Shown here in pieces: positions 27,494-36,342 of a stretch of 64,000 nt of DNA. The position numbers were made by a program, and so were the translations under genes. The DNA is from a virus. The notes below the pieces were generated by a model. That model worked only from the letters and a program-made list of their open reading frames with translations, was not told the origin of the DNA and searched no databases. The stretch spans positions 8,850 through 72,849 of IMG/VR virus record IMGVR_UViG_3300037141_000243; one strand, written 5' to 3'. How positions within the stretch are numbered: position 1 is the first letter of the stretch; every line of letters starts with the position of its first letter.

Positions 27494-29491
27494 CTACCCA
27501 CCCAGCACTAAAGTACCGCAGGCCAGCACGAGAGGGCTGATCCCATCGCCTTGCGCGAAAGGCTGCGCGAAGGCTTCCAGCACGGCGAACAGGCTACCTT
27601 TGGGCTCGCCCTTGGTGCCCATAATGACCGAAGTCACATAGCCGCGTACAACGTGGCGAATTGATTCCGGATTGACATCCTTTTCCTTCAGACCAACCAG
27701 GATATCCCTGATTTCACCCCAGGGCCGTCCCGCTACCAAGGCACGGGCCAAATCGACCGCCTCGGTGCTTTCCTCGGCGCTACGGAGCAGATCACGGGCT
27801 TCCTCGATGGTCTTGGCCCCGGCACACGCACCCAGCGCAACAAGGCCAGCACGCGGGCTGCCGTGCGCCTCCTTGGCGCAGAGCGATACGATTTGACGGC
27901 CCGCACCCGTCTGAAGGATTTTCTCGGCAACGGCTACGCTTTCTAACAGGTCGATGATCAGGTTGGTTGGTACATCTTTTAAGTTGTAAGCCGTGCAGCG
28001 GGTTTTGATATTGGTGGGGATTTTCCCCAGCTCGGTCGTGCAGAGGCACCACCACGTATCTGGCGGCGGCTCTTCCAATGATTTAAGCAGGGACGCCCAT
28101 GCCGGCGCTCCGAGGCGATGGCAATTATGCACCAATACATTATTTACAAAATATGACGGATGCTTTTCAATCTCTAAATCGTAGAACGTGACATAGCCAT
28201 CACACAACGCTTGATCTCGGTTACAACTTGCGGGCAAAATTTCAATACCTGCTCGTTGGTAACTCGTAACACTGTCCACCCTAAAGATTCCAGTTTCTTT
28301 TCCTTTTTGCGATCCTTCGCTTGATTTCGTTCCGAATTGTGCCCTTTCCCATCTACTTCTATTGCTAATTTTATATGCGGAAAAGCCAAATCCACTTTGT
28401 AATTTGTAGGGTATCCGGGTAACCTTTTCCCCAAAGAAACAGCAAACTCTACCGCACAGTTCAAACGCTTTAGTAACATAACCTGGGGCTTCGTTAGTTT
28501 TCCATTCCCACCCCGATTTTCCGGAAGAATTAAGTTCGTCCCATTTTTTATTCTGGTAGCTATAATTTTGTCGATTACATCCCGTCGTTTTGTGGGGTTG
28601 TTTTTCTGCATCCGTTTGGAAGACAAACGGTCCAGCTTTTTGTAATACTCCGGGGAACGAATACGAGATTCCAAAACCCCACGAGAAACAGCTTCTTTCC
28701 AATAATCTGGACGCGGCCCAGTTCTTTTTGATGCCCCCAACTCGTCTCCACAAACTTTCGAACAAGTCTGAATTCCCAAACCATTTGAACGCACATAAAA
28801 AGGCTCCCCACAAACCGGGCACTGCCTTCGCAGGCAAGTGGTGCAAGTTATTTTGTTTGGCGCTCTGGCTTGAAAACTTATCCCACATGAGGAGCAAGTT
28901 TTGGTCCAACGTCTTTTTGCTCTGTAATTCATCACCAATTTGTAGATCGCACGCGGCAACCCACCCCCTAGCTGTAAAAAACAAATGCTCTTTAGAGCAA
29001 CAAATAGAGGATGATCCTATGCTTATTTGCATAACCCTTGCAAGAGGAATCTTGGACCGAAAAACAGAACTAACCCGCGACAACCCAAGCCCGCACACAA
29101 TTTCTTGCCCCACACCAATCTGCTCAATTGGCAAAAACCCATTACCAACATCAATCAACGTTCCTGGAGCAAAACATTCATCTACAATAATCACGCGGGC
29201 CTGGCTGCGACCGTGCATTTTGTAGCCCAAGGTTTCGGTAATCCGCCTCATGTCATCGATGCTGGTAAAAGTCGCAGCGTCGATCTCCTGAATGGCGTGG
29301 TCCTTGGCCCCCACTTCGGTAGCAAGGATGCGGGCCAACGTGGTCTTGCCCGTACCCGATGGACCGGAGAACAAAAAGGTGTGGTTGCTCTTGGATTTGA
29401 GGACACGCCGCAAGGATGTAACCACGGCGTCCTGACCGATCACATCTTCAAAGGTCTTGGGACGGTATTTAAGGTAGAGGGATTCGGTCAT
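27494..29491 (-). CDS. DnaX (Pol III gamma/tau)-like clamp loader containing an intein
   Basis: LYLKYRPKTFEDVIGQ, Walker A GPSGTGKTT, Walker B IVDE|CH split by the intein, LLKSLEEPP, TRC; spliced product about 314 aa. Confidence 0.92.
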   Translation of the reverse strand: MTESLYLKYRPKTFEDVIGQDAVVTSLRRVLKSKSNHTFLFSGPSGTGKTTLARILATEVGAKDHAIQEIDAATFTSIDDMRRITETLGYKMHGRSQARVIIVDECFAPGTLIDVGNGFLPIEQIGVGQEIVCGLGLSRVSSVFRSKIPLARVMQISIGSSSICCSKEHLFFTARGWVAACDLQIGDELQSKKTLDQNLLLMWDKFSSQSAKQNNLHHLPAKAVPGLWGAFLCAFKWFGNSDLFESLWRRVGGIKKNWAASRLLERSCFSWGFGISYSFPGVLQKAGPFVFQTDAEKQPHKTTGCNRQNYSYQNKKWDELNSSGKSGWEWKTNEAPGYVTKAFELCGRVCCFFGEKVTRIPYKLQSGFGFSAYKISNRSRWERAQFGTKSSEGSQKGKETGIFRVDSVTSYQRAGIEILPASCNRDQALCDGYVTFYDLEIEKHPSYFVNNVLVHNCHRLGAPAWASLLKSLEEPPPDTWWCLCTTELGKIPTNIKTRCTAYNLKDVPTNLIIDLLESVAVAEKILQTGAGRQIVSLCAKEAHGSPRAGLVALGACAGAKTIEEARDLLRSAEESTEAVDLARALVAGRPWGEIRDILVGLKEKDVNPESIRHVVRGYVTSVIMGTKGEPKGSLFAVLEAFAQPFAQGDGISPLVLACGTLVLGG
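28124..29176 (-). mobile_element. Intein (351 aa) in the clamp loader Walker B motif
   Basis: Block A CFAPGTLI, block B CSKEHLFFT..GW....L..GD, blocks F/G FYDLEIEKHPSYFVNNVLVHN followed by Cys; removal restores IIVDECHRL. Confidence 0.95.
28174..28932 (-). CDS. Zn-finger + Vsr/DUF559-type endonuclease in the +1 frame inside the intein
   Basis: CSSC, CTTC, CPVC, CSKVC; YKVDLAF...LAIEVDGKGH...DRKKEKKLESLGWTVLRVTNEQV; start ATG 28932 or TTG 28959. Confidence 0.85.
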   Translation of the reverse strand: MNYRAKRRWTKTCSSCGISFQARAPNKITCTTCLRRQCPVCGEPFYVRSNGLGIQTCSKVCGDELGASKRTGPRPDYWKEAVSRGVLESRIRSPEYYKKLDRLSSKRMQKNNPTKRRDVIDKIIATRIKNGTNLILPENRGGNGKLTKPQVMLLKRLNCAVEFAVSLGKRLPGYPTNYKVDLAFPHIKLAIEVDGKGHNSERNQAKDRKKEKKLESLGWTVLRVTNEQVLKFCPQVVTEIKRCVMAMSRSTI

Positions 29492-29811
29492 GTATGCCTC
29501 AAGGTCCTGTATTCAATGGGACGCCCCGCAACTTTTGCAGCAGCTATTCCGTACTCCATACCCCGCGATATTCCACGATCCGTATAAACTACCGTAGCAG
29601 CGGCAACAGCGCCCCAAGCCAAACCGGCATCAATACCCCATTGGCGCTCTTCAATTACTTCATCGCGCAGGATACCTGGCTGGGTGTAAAGCAAATGAGA
29701 TGCGAACGGAGCTTCGCCCTTTAACAAGCAATCACACAGGGCCGACCGCGCATATTTTAGATTAGCCTCAACATCTCCGGCGTATGGGCTTTCCACAATC
29801 ACCAATCTCAT
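29488..29811 (-). CDS. Nucleoside deoxyribosyltransferase-like small protein
   Basis: VESPYAGD..N, GEAPFASHLLY and GISRGM motifs. Confidence 0.55.
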   Translation of the reverse strand: MRLVIVESPYAGDVEANLKYARSALCDCLLKGEAPFASHLLYTQPGILRDEVIEERQWGIDAGLAWGAVAAATVVYTDRGISRGMEYGIAAAKVAGRPIEYRTLRHT

Positions 29812-29812
29812 A

Positions 29813-30850
29813 TCAATTACCGCTTTCCTTTATTGCCGCGACAGCTTTATCAGCGGACCCTTTAAGAAATATGAGTACGTGCTGATGAGTTCGACCTAGC
29901 TTGCGCGTGGCGTTAAAAGGACGACCGGCCCGGATACTAAGGCTGCCCAACATCGTCAAACGGATTGCATCGTTGTAAAGATGCAGCCCGGCGCGTTGGA
30001 AAGCATTTATCGTCCCAGGAACAAACCCCACACAATTACCATCCTTGCCCCTGACTTCCCCAACTACAAAAATAGCAAAGCGGTTTAGTTTCAATCGAGT
30101 AACGACACTTTCTATGATGCCAGAATACTCGGGCTCAAACTTGTCCCATTTCAACGTGGAGATATCTTGTGGATCATTACTATATTGTTCGAGATCAACG
30201 TACGGAGGACAACTGTAAATACAGTCCAATGATTCAGGCTTTACAACCTTTGCTGAACTTCGCGCATCGCAAACCACGTATTTGGGAGTATTGGTTTTAC
30301 AAATCCTTTGAGCCTGTTCGTTGTTTGCCTCGACCTGCTCGGGTCGGATATCCGTTCCCAAGTATTTGTAACCCAACTTAGATGCCACAATACCGGCACA
30401 GCAACCACCCACAAACGGGTCAAAAACAAACCCACCCTTCGGCACAAACCATTTATACATCAGCTCGCAAAGCACGGGGTCAAACGACGACGTGCCTGTT
30501 TGGCCAGAAGTGTTTATCTTTCGGGATACCGGATCATCCCTAAGGGTAGCGCCTTCGGCGCTACCCTTAGCCTTCCCGTTCCCACCTCGCGCCTTATCGC
30601 GATTTTGCTGATCCACCTTTTCCTTGAAATAACGAGGGTCTTTGGCAGCGGCACTGAATCGTAAAAGATTCTCCGCCCGACCCAGCACCCGATCCATCCC
30701 CAAGGATAACCACGCAGCCTTCCGATCTTGCCATTCACCCTGCCGCGCATCCAGCACTGAAAACGGCGGTATCCCAAATTTATCGACGAGTCCACCCCCG
30801 TGGGTTTCAAACACGGCGTCCTTCTCGAAGAGACTTTTGTATTTTGCCAT
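29813..30850 (-). CDS. DNA amino-methyltransferase
   Basis: Motif I FDPFVGG and motif IV SCPPY; N-terminal PPFSVLDARQGEWQ.RK..W; probable start MAKYK at 30850. Confidence 0.85.
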   Translation of the reverse strand: MAKYKSLFEKDAVFETHGGGLVDKFGIPPFSVLDARQGEWQDRKAAWLSLGMDRVLGRAENLLRFSAAAKDPRYFKEKVDQQNRDKARGGNGKAKGSAEGATLRDDPVSRKINTSGQTGTSSFDPVLCELMYKWFVPKGGFVFDPFVGGCCAGIVASKLGYKYLGTDIRPEQVEANNEQAQRICKTNTPKYVVCDARSSAKVVKPESLDCIYSCPPYVDLEQYSNDPQDISTLKWDKFEPEYSGIIESVVTRLKLNRFAIFVVGEVRGKDGNCVGFVPGTINAFQRAGLHLYNDAIRLTMLGSLSIRAGRPFNATRKLGRTHQHVLIFLKGSADKAVAAIKESGN

Positions 30851-30851
30851 C

Positions 30852-33416
30852 TTATTTTTTCCACGTGTTAGATGCGTACTTACCAATCTCGTCCATATCA
30901 CAGAGATTAGGACCGATGGACATTTCCACCACCAGCGGCACATTCAGGAACGGGTAGGTCTTAGTCAGCAAGGTATCAATCTTTTCCTCGGCATAATCAT
31001 CAAAACCCTTAACTGGAAAGATACTGGTAAGATCATCATGGATATTACAAATGGGCTGGAAATACCAGTCTTCCTTTTCCGAAAGTGCGTTCATTCCGTC
31101 GATCACAATTTCACTCGCTAGATTTTGGATAGGGGCATTGATAAGCTGGTTCGGTGAGATTGGGGCGCGGCGTCGTATTCCCATTGCATTCTCAACATAC
31201 CCCTGCTCCTTGAAGTCAGCGATGATGCGTTCCTGCCATTCCTTGACCCCTGAAAAGGTCTTCCAAAATTCCTTGTAAAGCCTACCCAGAGATCCCTCAG
31301 GCAAACCCACTTGTCTTTCGGCGGTCGATTGCTGCGCGCCAAAGAACAGGGCGAAAACCCACCCACCCTTAACCGTCTGGCGAAAACCCTTCATGACGCC
31401 TTTGTCTTTTATGTATTTCTTACCCCCAACAACAACAGGAAATTCGTAAGCAATCTGCTCGGCCCAATCCATGTGCACGTCATAATCTTCCCAGAGCATT
31501 TTAGCGTAAACTTTGTCCTGTGACTCCATCGCTATACAACGACCCTCAATCTGCCCGTAATCCACGGAGCAAAGCAGATGGCCCTCAGGGGCGGCGATCT
31601 GACGACGGATTTCTTTTCCATCATCAGTTCTCTTGGGCAGATTTTGTGAATTTGGGTCCTCTGAACTCGACCGACCTGTAACCGTACTGAATCCATTCAA
31701 TATCGGATGCAGCTTTCCATCAGGGTAAACGTATTTGTGACCCTTGGGCCATACATAAGTTGACGCCAGCTTGGACGGCGCGCGCCAGTCCAACACCTTT
31801 TTGGCAATCGGGGCGTCGATCTTTTCCAGCACGGATTTGGTTACGGAATAGCTGGCCTCGCCGCCGTTGTAGCCTTCGCTCTTGCCAGCATCCGACCCCA
31901 CAATATCGCGGAACATCTTGACACAGTCGGTATCCGATCCGGGCTTAAAGTCCTTTTTGTATTTCTTACGGAAGGCTGCCACATCCGGATCGGTCGCGAT
32001 GGCCTTTGTCGCCTTGGCAATGGCCGTGCTCAATTTGTCATCGAGGCGGTCGGCCTGCTCAAAGTCGACCGGCATCCCCTTGATTTGTGTTAGGACAAGC
32101 GTAGGAATACGACGAATGCGGCGCTGGTATAGTTTAGTCAGTCCATCCAGCTCCAATTCCTCGGCCTGGTTCCAAAACAGCTCGAGACAGTATTTGGCGT
32201 CCACCGCGTTGTAGGGTAGGATCGCTTCCAGCGGTTCGCTTTCCATGTTTTTAGTATCGACATTAGACAGCGTCTTGATGTTAATACCAAAGCGGTTGAG
32301 TGTGATGAAACCCAACCCAAGGCAACTCGTATCCTTTGATGCCTGCTCTTGATCCGGCTTACCACCCACCCTTTCGTCCAGGGTATAGGCTTGGACCATC
32401 GAGTCACCCCATTGGGTACCGCGCAACAATTCCTTACCAAATTTGACCGCCGTCCATTCCATCTCGAATGCCAAATTGTGGGCTATCTTGCGGACAGGGG
32501 CTTTCAGGTACGCGAGGAAAGCCTGCCGGATCATTTCCTTGGCCGGCTTACTCCATTTGGCTTCTGGGTGGTCGTAGGGGAAGGCAATCGCCTTACCTTT
32601 GATTGCAATCCCAATGGACAGGATTTTGGTTTCGGGGCGGTAAGGGCGCAAATGACTGGTTTCATAGTCAAGCCCGGATTCAGGCTCGCTGGCGGCCTTT
32701 TCCAGAAAGCGGACAATGTCCCCTGCCGCCCGTGGATCGCACCAGTCGACGCTTGTGAGGCCCGTGAACGCCTTTTCCCGGCTATGGAAAGGGGGCGGGG
32801 GCAGATCGTTGATCTCAGCAAAGGCCCGGCGCAGGTCAAGGCGGAAAACATGCTCCTCCTTGGATTCCCCGCTGCGGCGGGCTGAGCGGGCCACAAAGGT
32901 GGGGTCCAGCATGGGGAAATACCAGCAGACGTGGTTACCTATCTTGACGGGTATTTTCCTGCCACGCCATTTGACAATACCATTCTGTTGGAGCGCCCAA
33001 TGTAGGGGCACATTCCCCATACCGAAGATCGCTAGGGGCTGAGCAACAATGATGTCTTTTTCAACACGCGGTCTGCAACACTCTCTCTCGATAGGTTCAG
33101 GATCACGTCCGGCTGGCGTTCTACAATTGATGACATTGTTAAAGCGTATTCGGTCGCGCCACTTCTTAGGAATCTGTTTGAGCAAAAGCTGGCCCGATGT
33201 GCCGGCAAAATGCTCGCCCTGTTTATCATCCTCGGCGGTAGGGGCTTCCCCCAATATGTAGATGTCAGGCTGCTTATCGCCCGACGCTTTCATCTTGGGG
33301 TGGTCAAGGTCGGCTGTATTCAGCGGGCATCCACGGCAACCCAACCTGCGATACAAATCAACAGACCCAGAATCACCGCTGGCTTTTGCTAACGTCTGTG
33401 CCCCAAAAAACCCCAA
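30852..33416 (-). CDS. Family A DNA polymerase with N-terminal uracil-DNA-glycosylase-like domain and 3'-5' exonuclease
   Basis: UDG-like C..CPL, LGEAP, F.G.SG, NVINC; exonuclease LDYET, HNLAFE, YNAVDA; TGRSSS.DPN.QN, motif A DYGQIEGR, motif C IHDDL; TTG start. Confidence 0.93.
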   Translation of the reverse strand: MGFFGAQTLAKASGDSGSVDLYRRLGCRGCPLNTADLDHPKMKASGDKQPDIYILGEAPTAEDDKQGEHFAGTSGQLLLKQIPKKWRDRIRFNNVINCRTPAGRDPEPIERECCRPRVEKDIIVAQPLAIFGMGNVPLHWALQQNGIVKWRGRKIPVKIGNHVCWYFPMLDPTFVARSARRSGESKEEHVFRLDLRRAFAEINDLPPPPFHSREKAFTGLTSVDWCDPRAAGDIVRFLEKAASEPESGLDYETSHLRPYRPETKILSIGIAIKGKAIAFPYDHPEAKWSKPAKEMIRQAFLAYLKAPVRKIAHNLAFEMEWTAVKFGKELLRGTQWGDSMVQAYTLDERVGGKPDQEQASKDTSCLGLGFITLNRFGINIKTLSNVDTKNMESEPLEAILPYNAVDAKYCLELFWNQAEELELDGLTKLYQRRIRRIPTLVLTQIKGMPVDFEQADRLDDKLSTAIAKATKAIATDPDVAAFRKKYKKDFKPGSDTDCVKMFRDIVGSDAGKSEGYNGGEASYSVTKSVLEKIDAPIAKKVLDWRAPSKLASTYVWPKGHKYVYPDGKLHPILNGFSTVTGRSSSEDPNSQNLPKRTDDGKEIRRQIAAPEGHLLCSVDYGQIEGRCIAMESQDKVYAKMLWEDYDVHMDWAEQIAYEFPVVVGGKKYIKDKGVMKGFRQTVKGGWVFALFFGAQQSTAERQVGLPEGSLGRLYKEFWKTFSGVKEWQERIIADFKEQGYVENAMGIRRRAPISPNQLINAPIQNLASEIVIDGMNALSEKEDWYFQPICNIHDDLTSIFPVKGFDDYAEEKIDTLLTKTYPFLNVPLVVEMSIGPNLCDMDEIGKYASNTWKK

Positions 33417-33418
33417 AC

Positions 33419-34138
33419 CTATTTACCCCTACAAACATGCTTCCACGTCTGACCAGAACAGATAAGGCTTATGGTTGCTTTACCAACCCCAAACCTTTTT
33501 GCTAACGCTCCCCCGCCAAATTCTTGATGATACGGTTTATAGTTCTCAATAATAAAACGAACATCATCTTCAGTAAGTTTTGACGAACTACTTTTACTAC
33601 CCCTAAGTGAATCACCGACTTTTCGATTATGCTCGGCAGTGTGGGGTTTGCCGCGCAAAGCTATAGATATTTTTTTCTTATGCACTTTAGACAATGGTTT
33701 TCCACCTACCCATATTTTTCTACCATTTCTATGTGCATCACGAATATTGTCTCCTTTTGTTCCCCACGCAAGATTTTCCAAATAATTATTTGTACAATCA
33801 TCATCCAAATGACGAGCAAGACTGCATCCTTTTCCTGATCCATATTTAGTTGGTGGTGGTCCCCTAAACGCCAGCAAAACAACAGCAGCCACAGCAATCT
33901 GTTTATCTTTGCCAATCTTTGCATAAGCTCTAACTTTTCCTGAATGTTCTACTATAGATTCAGCCCACACGCGCCCATCAGAAGACATAAACGATGCCCG
34001 TTTTGTACGTCCATTATTACTCGCACATAGCCCATCAGACCCAGGAACGGGCTTCCATATTTCAGGGCGATGATAAAGGTCATTTGATCCGGCCTCGCCT
34101 TGTGCCTTGGCGAGAGTCTGCGCCCCAAAGAATCCCAT
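33419..34138 (-). mobile_element. HNH homing endonuclease (NUMOD4-HNH-NUMOD3-like) carrying a copy of the polymerase N-terminus
   Basis: EIWKPVPG...SNNGR, V...VLLAF.G, RHLDDD.TNN..ENLAWGT..DN, SKLTEDDV...LAKRFGV; AT-richer than its flanks. Confidence 0.88.
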
Positions 34139-34144
34139 GTGATG

Positions 34145-34487
34145 TTATTTTACTTCTTCAGGTTGAAACACCCAATACTCGCTACACAAATCACACAGCA
34201 TTCCCCACGAAGGCCACCCGTGAATATAAGAGCTATCGGGGGCGGCCATCCACGCCTTCTCAAAAAACGAATGCAAGGTTTCGTGATCCTTTTCTGCCTT
34301 GGCGTCCTCAAGAGTGCGGATCATTGTCTTTTCGTGAATTACAGGCTCTAATCCAATACCATCAGACCACCACAAGCCTTCAGGACCTCGACTCATTGGG
34401 GCGCCACATCGATCAAAAATATCAAGGATATTAGACCAATGCGAATCAACAGCCGCCCACCAATCCCCCTGTGTTCTAATTTCCACG
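34145..34487 (-). CDS. Hypothetical protein
   Basis: Trp-rich ORF ending WGMLCDLCSEYWVF; start uncertain. Confidence 0.55.
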
Positions 34488-35507
34488 CTACACCATTCCG
34501 CTGACAACAAACCCCGAATGGTTACCCATCGTCATGATGACGCAGTTATCGGTAAACAAAATCTTGTCCATTTTGGAAAGACCCTTCTTGACCAGCGCCA
34601 CATCAAACGCTGATTCGGCTTTATAGCTCGCGCCTTCCAGCGGCACCTTTTCTCGCAACTCGCCGGCATTGGTATCCAGCTCAAGAGAAAGCATCGCATC
34701 AGCCACGGTATGCTTAACCCCTATCGGCAAAACGCCACAAAGCACCAGCACACGGTCATACGCCAAGGCCAAGCGTCCGGGGATTTCGGTGACCTTTTTA
34801 TGGTAATTTTCCGGCAGGACATTTGCTAAGGCACTATCATAATCAAGCGGCTTTTCGCTATGGATCAGGCGGGAAAATATGGCGGTGCCGTTCTCGGCTA
34901 CGGCCATGACCGCATCTTCCTCAAGGTACAACTTACCGCCAGCAGCGCAAAGCTCAAGCACCTGTTGGCAAAAGGCGGGCGGCACTTCCATCCGCACCTT
35001 CGGCAGATCGGTGCCGTTAACCACCGACCAGGCCAAGCTGCGGTCGTTGGTGGAGTACAATCGCAAGCGGTCCTTTTCACTAATGAAGCTGACCCCGGTT
35101 TCATCCGTGGCGCTGATCAGGACATGTTGGATCGCATCCAACAGCTTTTGATCCAACTTGATGTGTTTTTTGGGTAGCTGTGGGAATTCCCAGACCGCAC
35201 TATCGGGTGGCAGAGACGGAAACTTGGCTTTCGATCCACCCAGCTTCAAAAGGAAGTCGTTACCATCCAAAGTGATCTCAGCCTGCTTGGCGAGGGAATT
35301 GCTGACCATGCCGTAAAGCAACGCGCCCTGGACGCCACCCTTAAAGTCAGTCTCCAGCGGCACGTCTATTCCGATGATATTATTGTAGGCGAAGAGCGAT
35401 TCCCCTGTGAAGTAGTAACACAACAGTTGCGTTAAGGGGTTTTTGTCCGCGAGAGCGGGTTTGCAGTTTTTAAGAGCGGTGAATAATTCACGGCGGTCAA
35501 ATTTCAT
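34488..35507 (-). CDS. DNA polymerase III beta-clamp-like protein
   Basis: About 339 aa; MKFDRRELFTAL, STND..LA, FSRLI...DY and terminal VVSGM pattern of DnaN; lies in the replication cluster. Confidence 0.7.
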   Translation of the reverse strand: MKFDRRELFTALKNCKPALADKNPLTQLLCYYFTGESLFAYNNIIGIDVPLETDFKGGVQGALLYGMVSNSLAKQAEITLDGNDFLLKLGGSKAKFPSLPPDSAVWEFPQLPKKHIKLDQKLLDAIQHVLISATDETGVSFISEKDRLRLYSTNDRSLAWSVVNGTDLPKVRMEVPPAFCQQVLELCAAGGKLYLEEDAVMAVAENGTAIFSRLIHSEKPLDYDSALANVLPENYHKKVTEIPGRLALAYDRVLVLCGVLPIGVKHTVADAMLSLELDTNAGELREKVPLEGASYKAESAFDVALVKKGLSKMDKILFTDNCVIMTMGNHSGFVVSGMV

Positions 35508-35518
35508 AGGTACCCTCA

Positions 35519-35558
35519 AAAAGAAAAGGCTCGCTAGATAAGACATACCCAGCGAGCC
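35519..35558 (-). terminator. Intrinsic terminator
   Basis: Minus strand GGCTCGCTGG-loop-CTAGCGAGCC followed by TTTTCTTTTT. Confidence 0.7.
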
Positions 35559-35579
35559 CAAGGTAGAGGAGTAATAGGT

Positions 35580-36281
35580 TTAGATGTCGGCGGCTTTTTT
35601 CCCGGACGCCGTGATCTTGTAATGACCGCGCTCGGCCCGCGCCAGATAACCAGCCCGGCAAAAGCGCGCGTAATGCAGCTTGACATCATTCTTTTCGCAC
35701 TCGGCAGCAATGCCGGCGACCGGCATCCCGGCATCGCCCTTCTTGGCAATGGCCTTGAAGATCGCCTTCCAAGGGGCCGACACCGATTTAGTCCCAGTCT
35801 CGTAGCTGGCCGACTTCCCGTTGGATGCTTTCTTCGCAGCACCATTAGTTTTGGGCTTAGCGACCTTGGCGACCTTGGCGGCCTTGACAACTGGTACCTT
35901 GGCTTTCTTGGGGGCGGCGACTTTCTTCACCGCAGCCTTCTTGGCGGTTTTCTTGGCAGGCATTTCAGGTTCGCTTTCTTCACCAAAGACAACATCTTCA
36001 GTAATAACATTCGGTTTCTCAGTATCGACCGGGTCTTGCCAATCGAAGTCAGGGTAATCCTGATCCTTCTTCATGGCTGCGTTAGCGGCATTGATCCAGT
36101 CCTGCGCTAGGCCGGTCAGACCGTCGTAGGTCTTGTCCTTGTCCTCATCGGACATGTCATTGACCTTGGCCGCCAGCTTCTTCAGAAAGGCTTGACGCTT
36201 TTCCTTTGCGCCGGGCTTTAGACCCGTGACCTCGCGCAATTCCGTCTCGATTGCAGATATTGTACTCTTTTTAATTGCCAT
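35580..36281 (-). CDS. Lys/Ala-rich histone-H1-like DNA-binding protein with C-terminal winged-helix-like segment
   Basis: PAKKTAKKAAVKKVAAPKKAK repeats; strong AGGAGG RBS; flanked by its own promoter and terminator. Confidence 0.6.
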   Translation of the reverse strand: MAIKKSTISAIETELREVTGLKPGAKEKRQAFLKKLAAKVNDMSDEDKDKTYDGLTGLAQDWINAANAAMKKDQDYPDFDWQDPVDTEKPNVITEDVVFGEESEPEMPAKKTAKKAAVKKVAAPKKAKVPVVKAAKVAKVAKPKTNGAAKKASNGKSASYETGTKSVSAPWKAIFKAIAKKGDAGMPVAGIAAECEKNDVKLHYARFCRAGYLARAERGHYKITASGKKAADI

Positions 36282-36309
36282 TTGGGGTGGACCTCCTGTG
36301 TAGGCAATA

Positions 36310-36338
36310 CTTATACGTACGGAATGTAATACGTCTAA
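36310..36338 (-). promoter_or_regulatory. Sigma70-like promoter
   Basis: TTAGAC-N17-TATAAG in an AT-rich gap. Confidence 0.4.
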
Positions 36339-36342
36339 TATG

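Noticed and set aside
28590-29225. Third, antisense 211-aa ORF across the intein
   Set aside because: No motifs or RBS; likely a by-product of the dual-coding constraint on the minus strand.
33417-34066. Self-splicing intron in the DNA polymerase
   Set aside because: Only 2 nt separate the HNH stop from the polymerase TTG, leaving no room for a ribozyme core, and the duplicated N-terminus makes splicing unnecessary.
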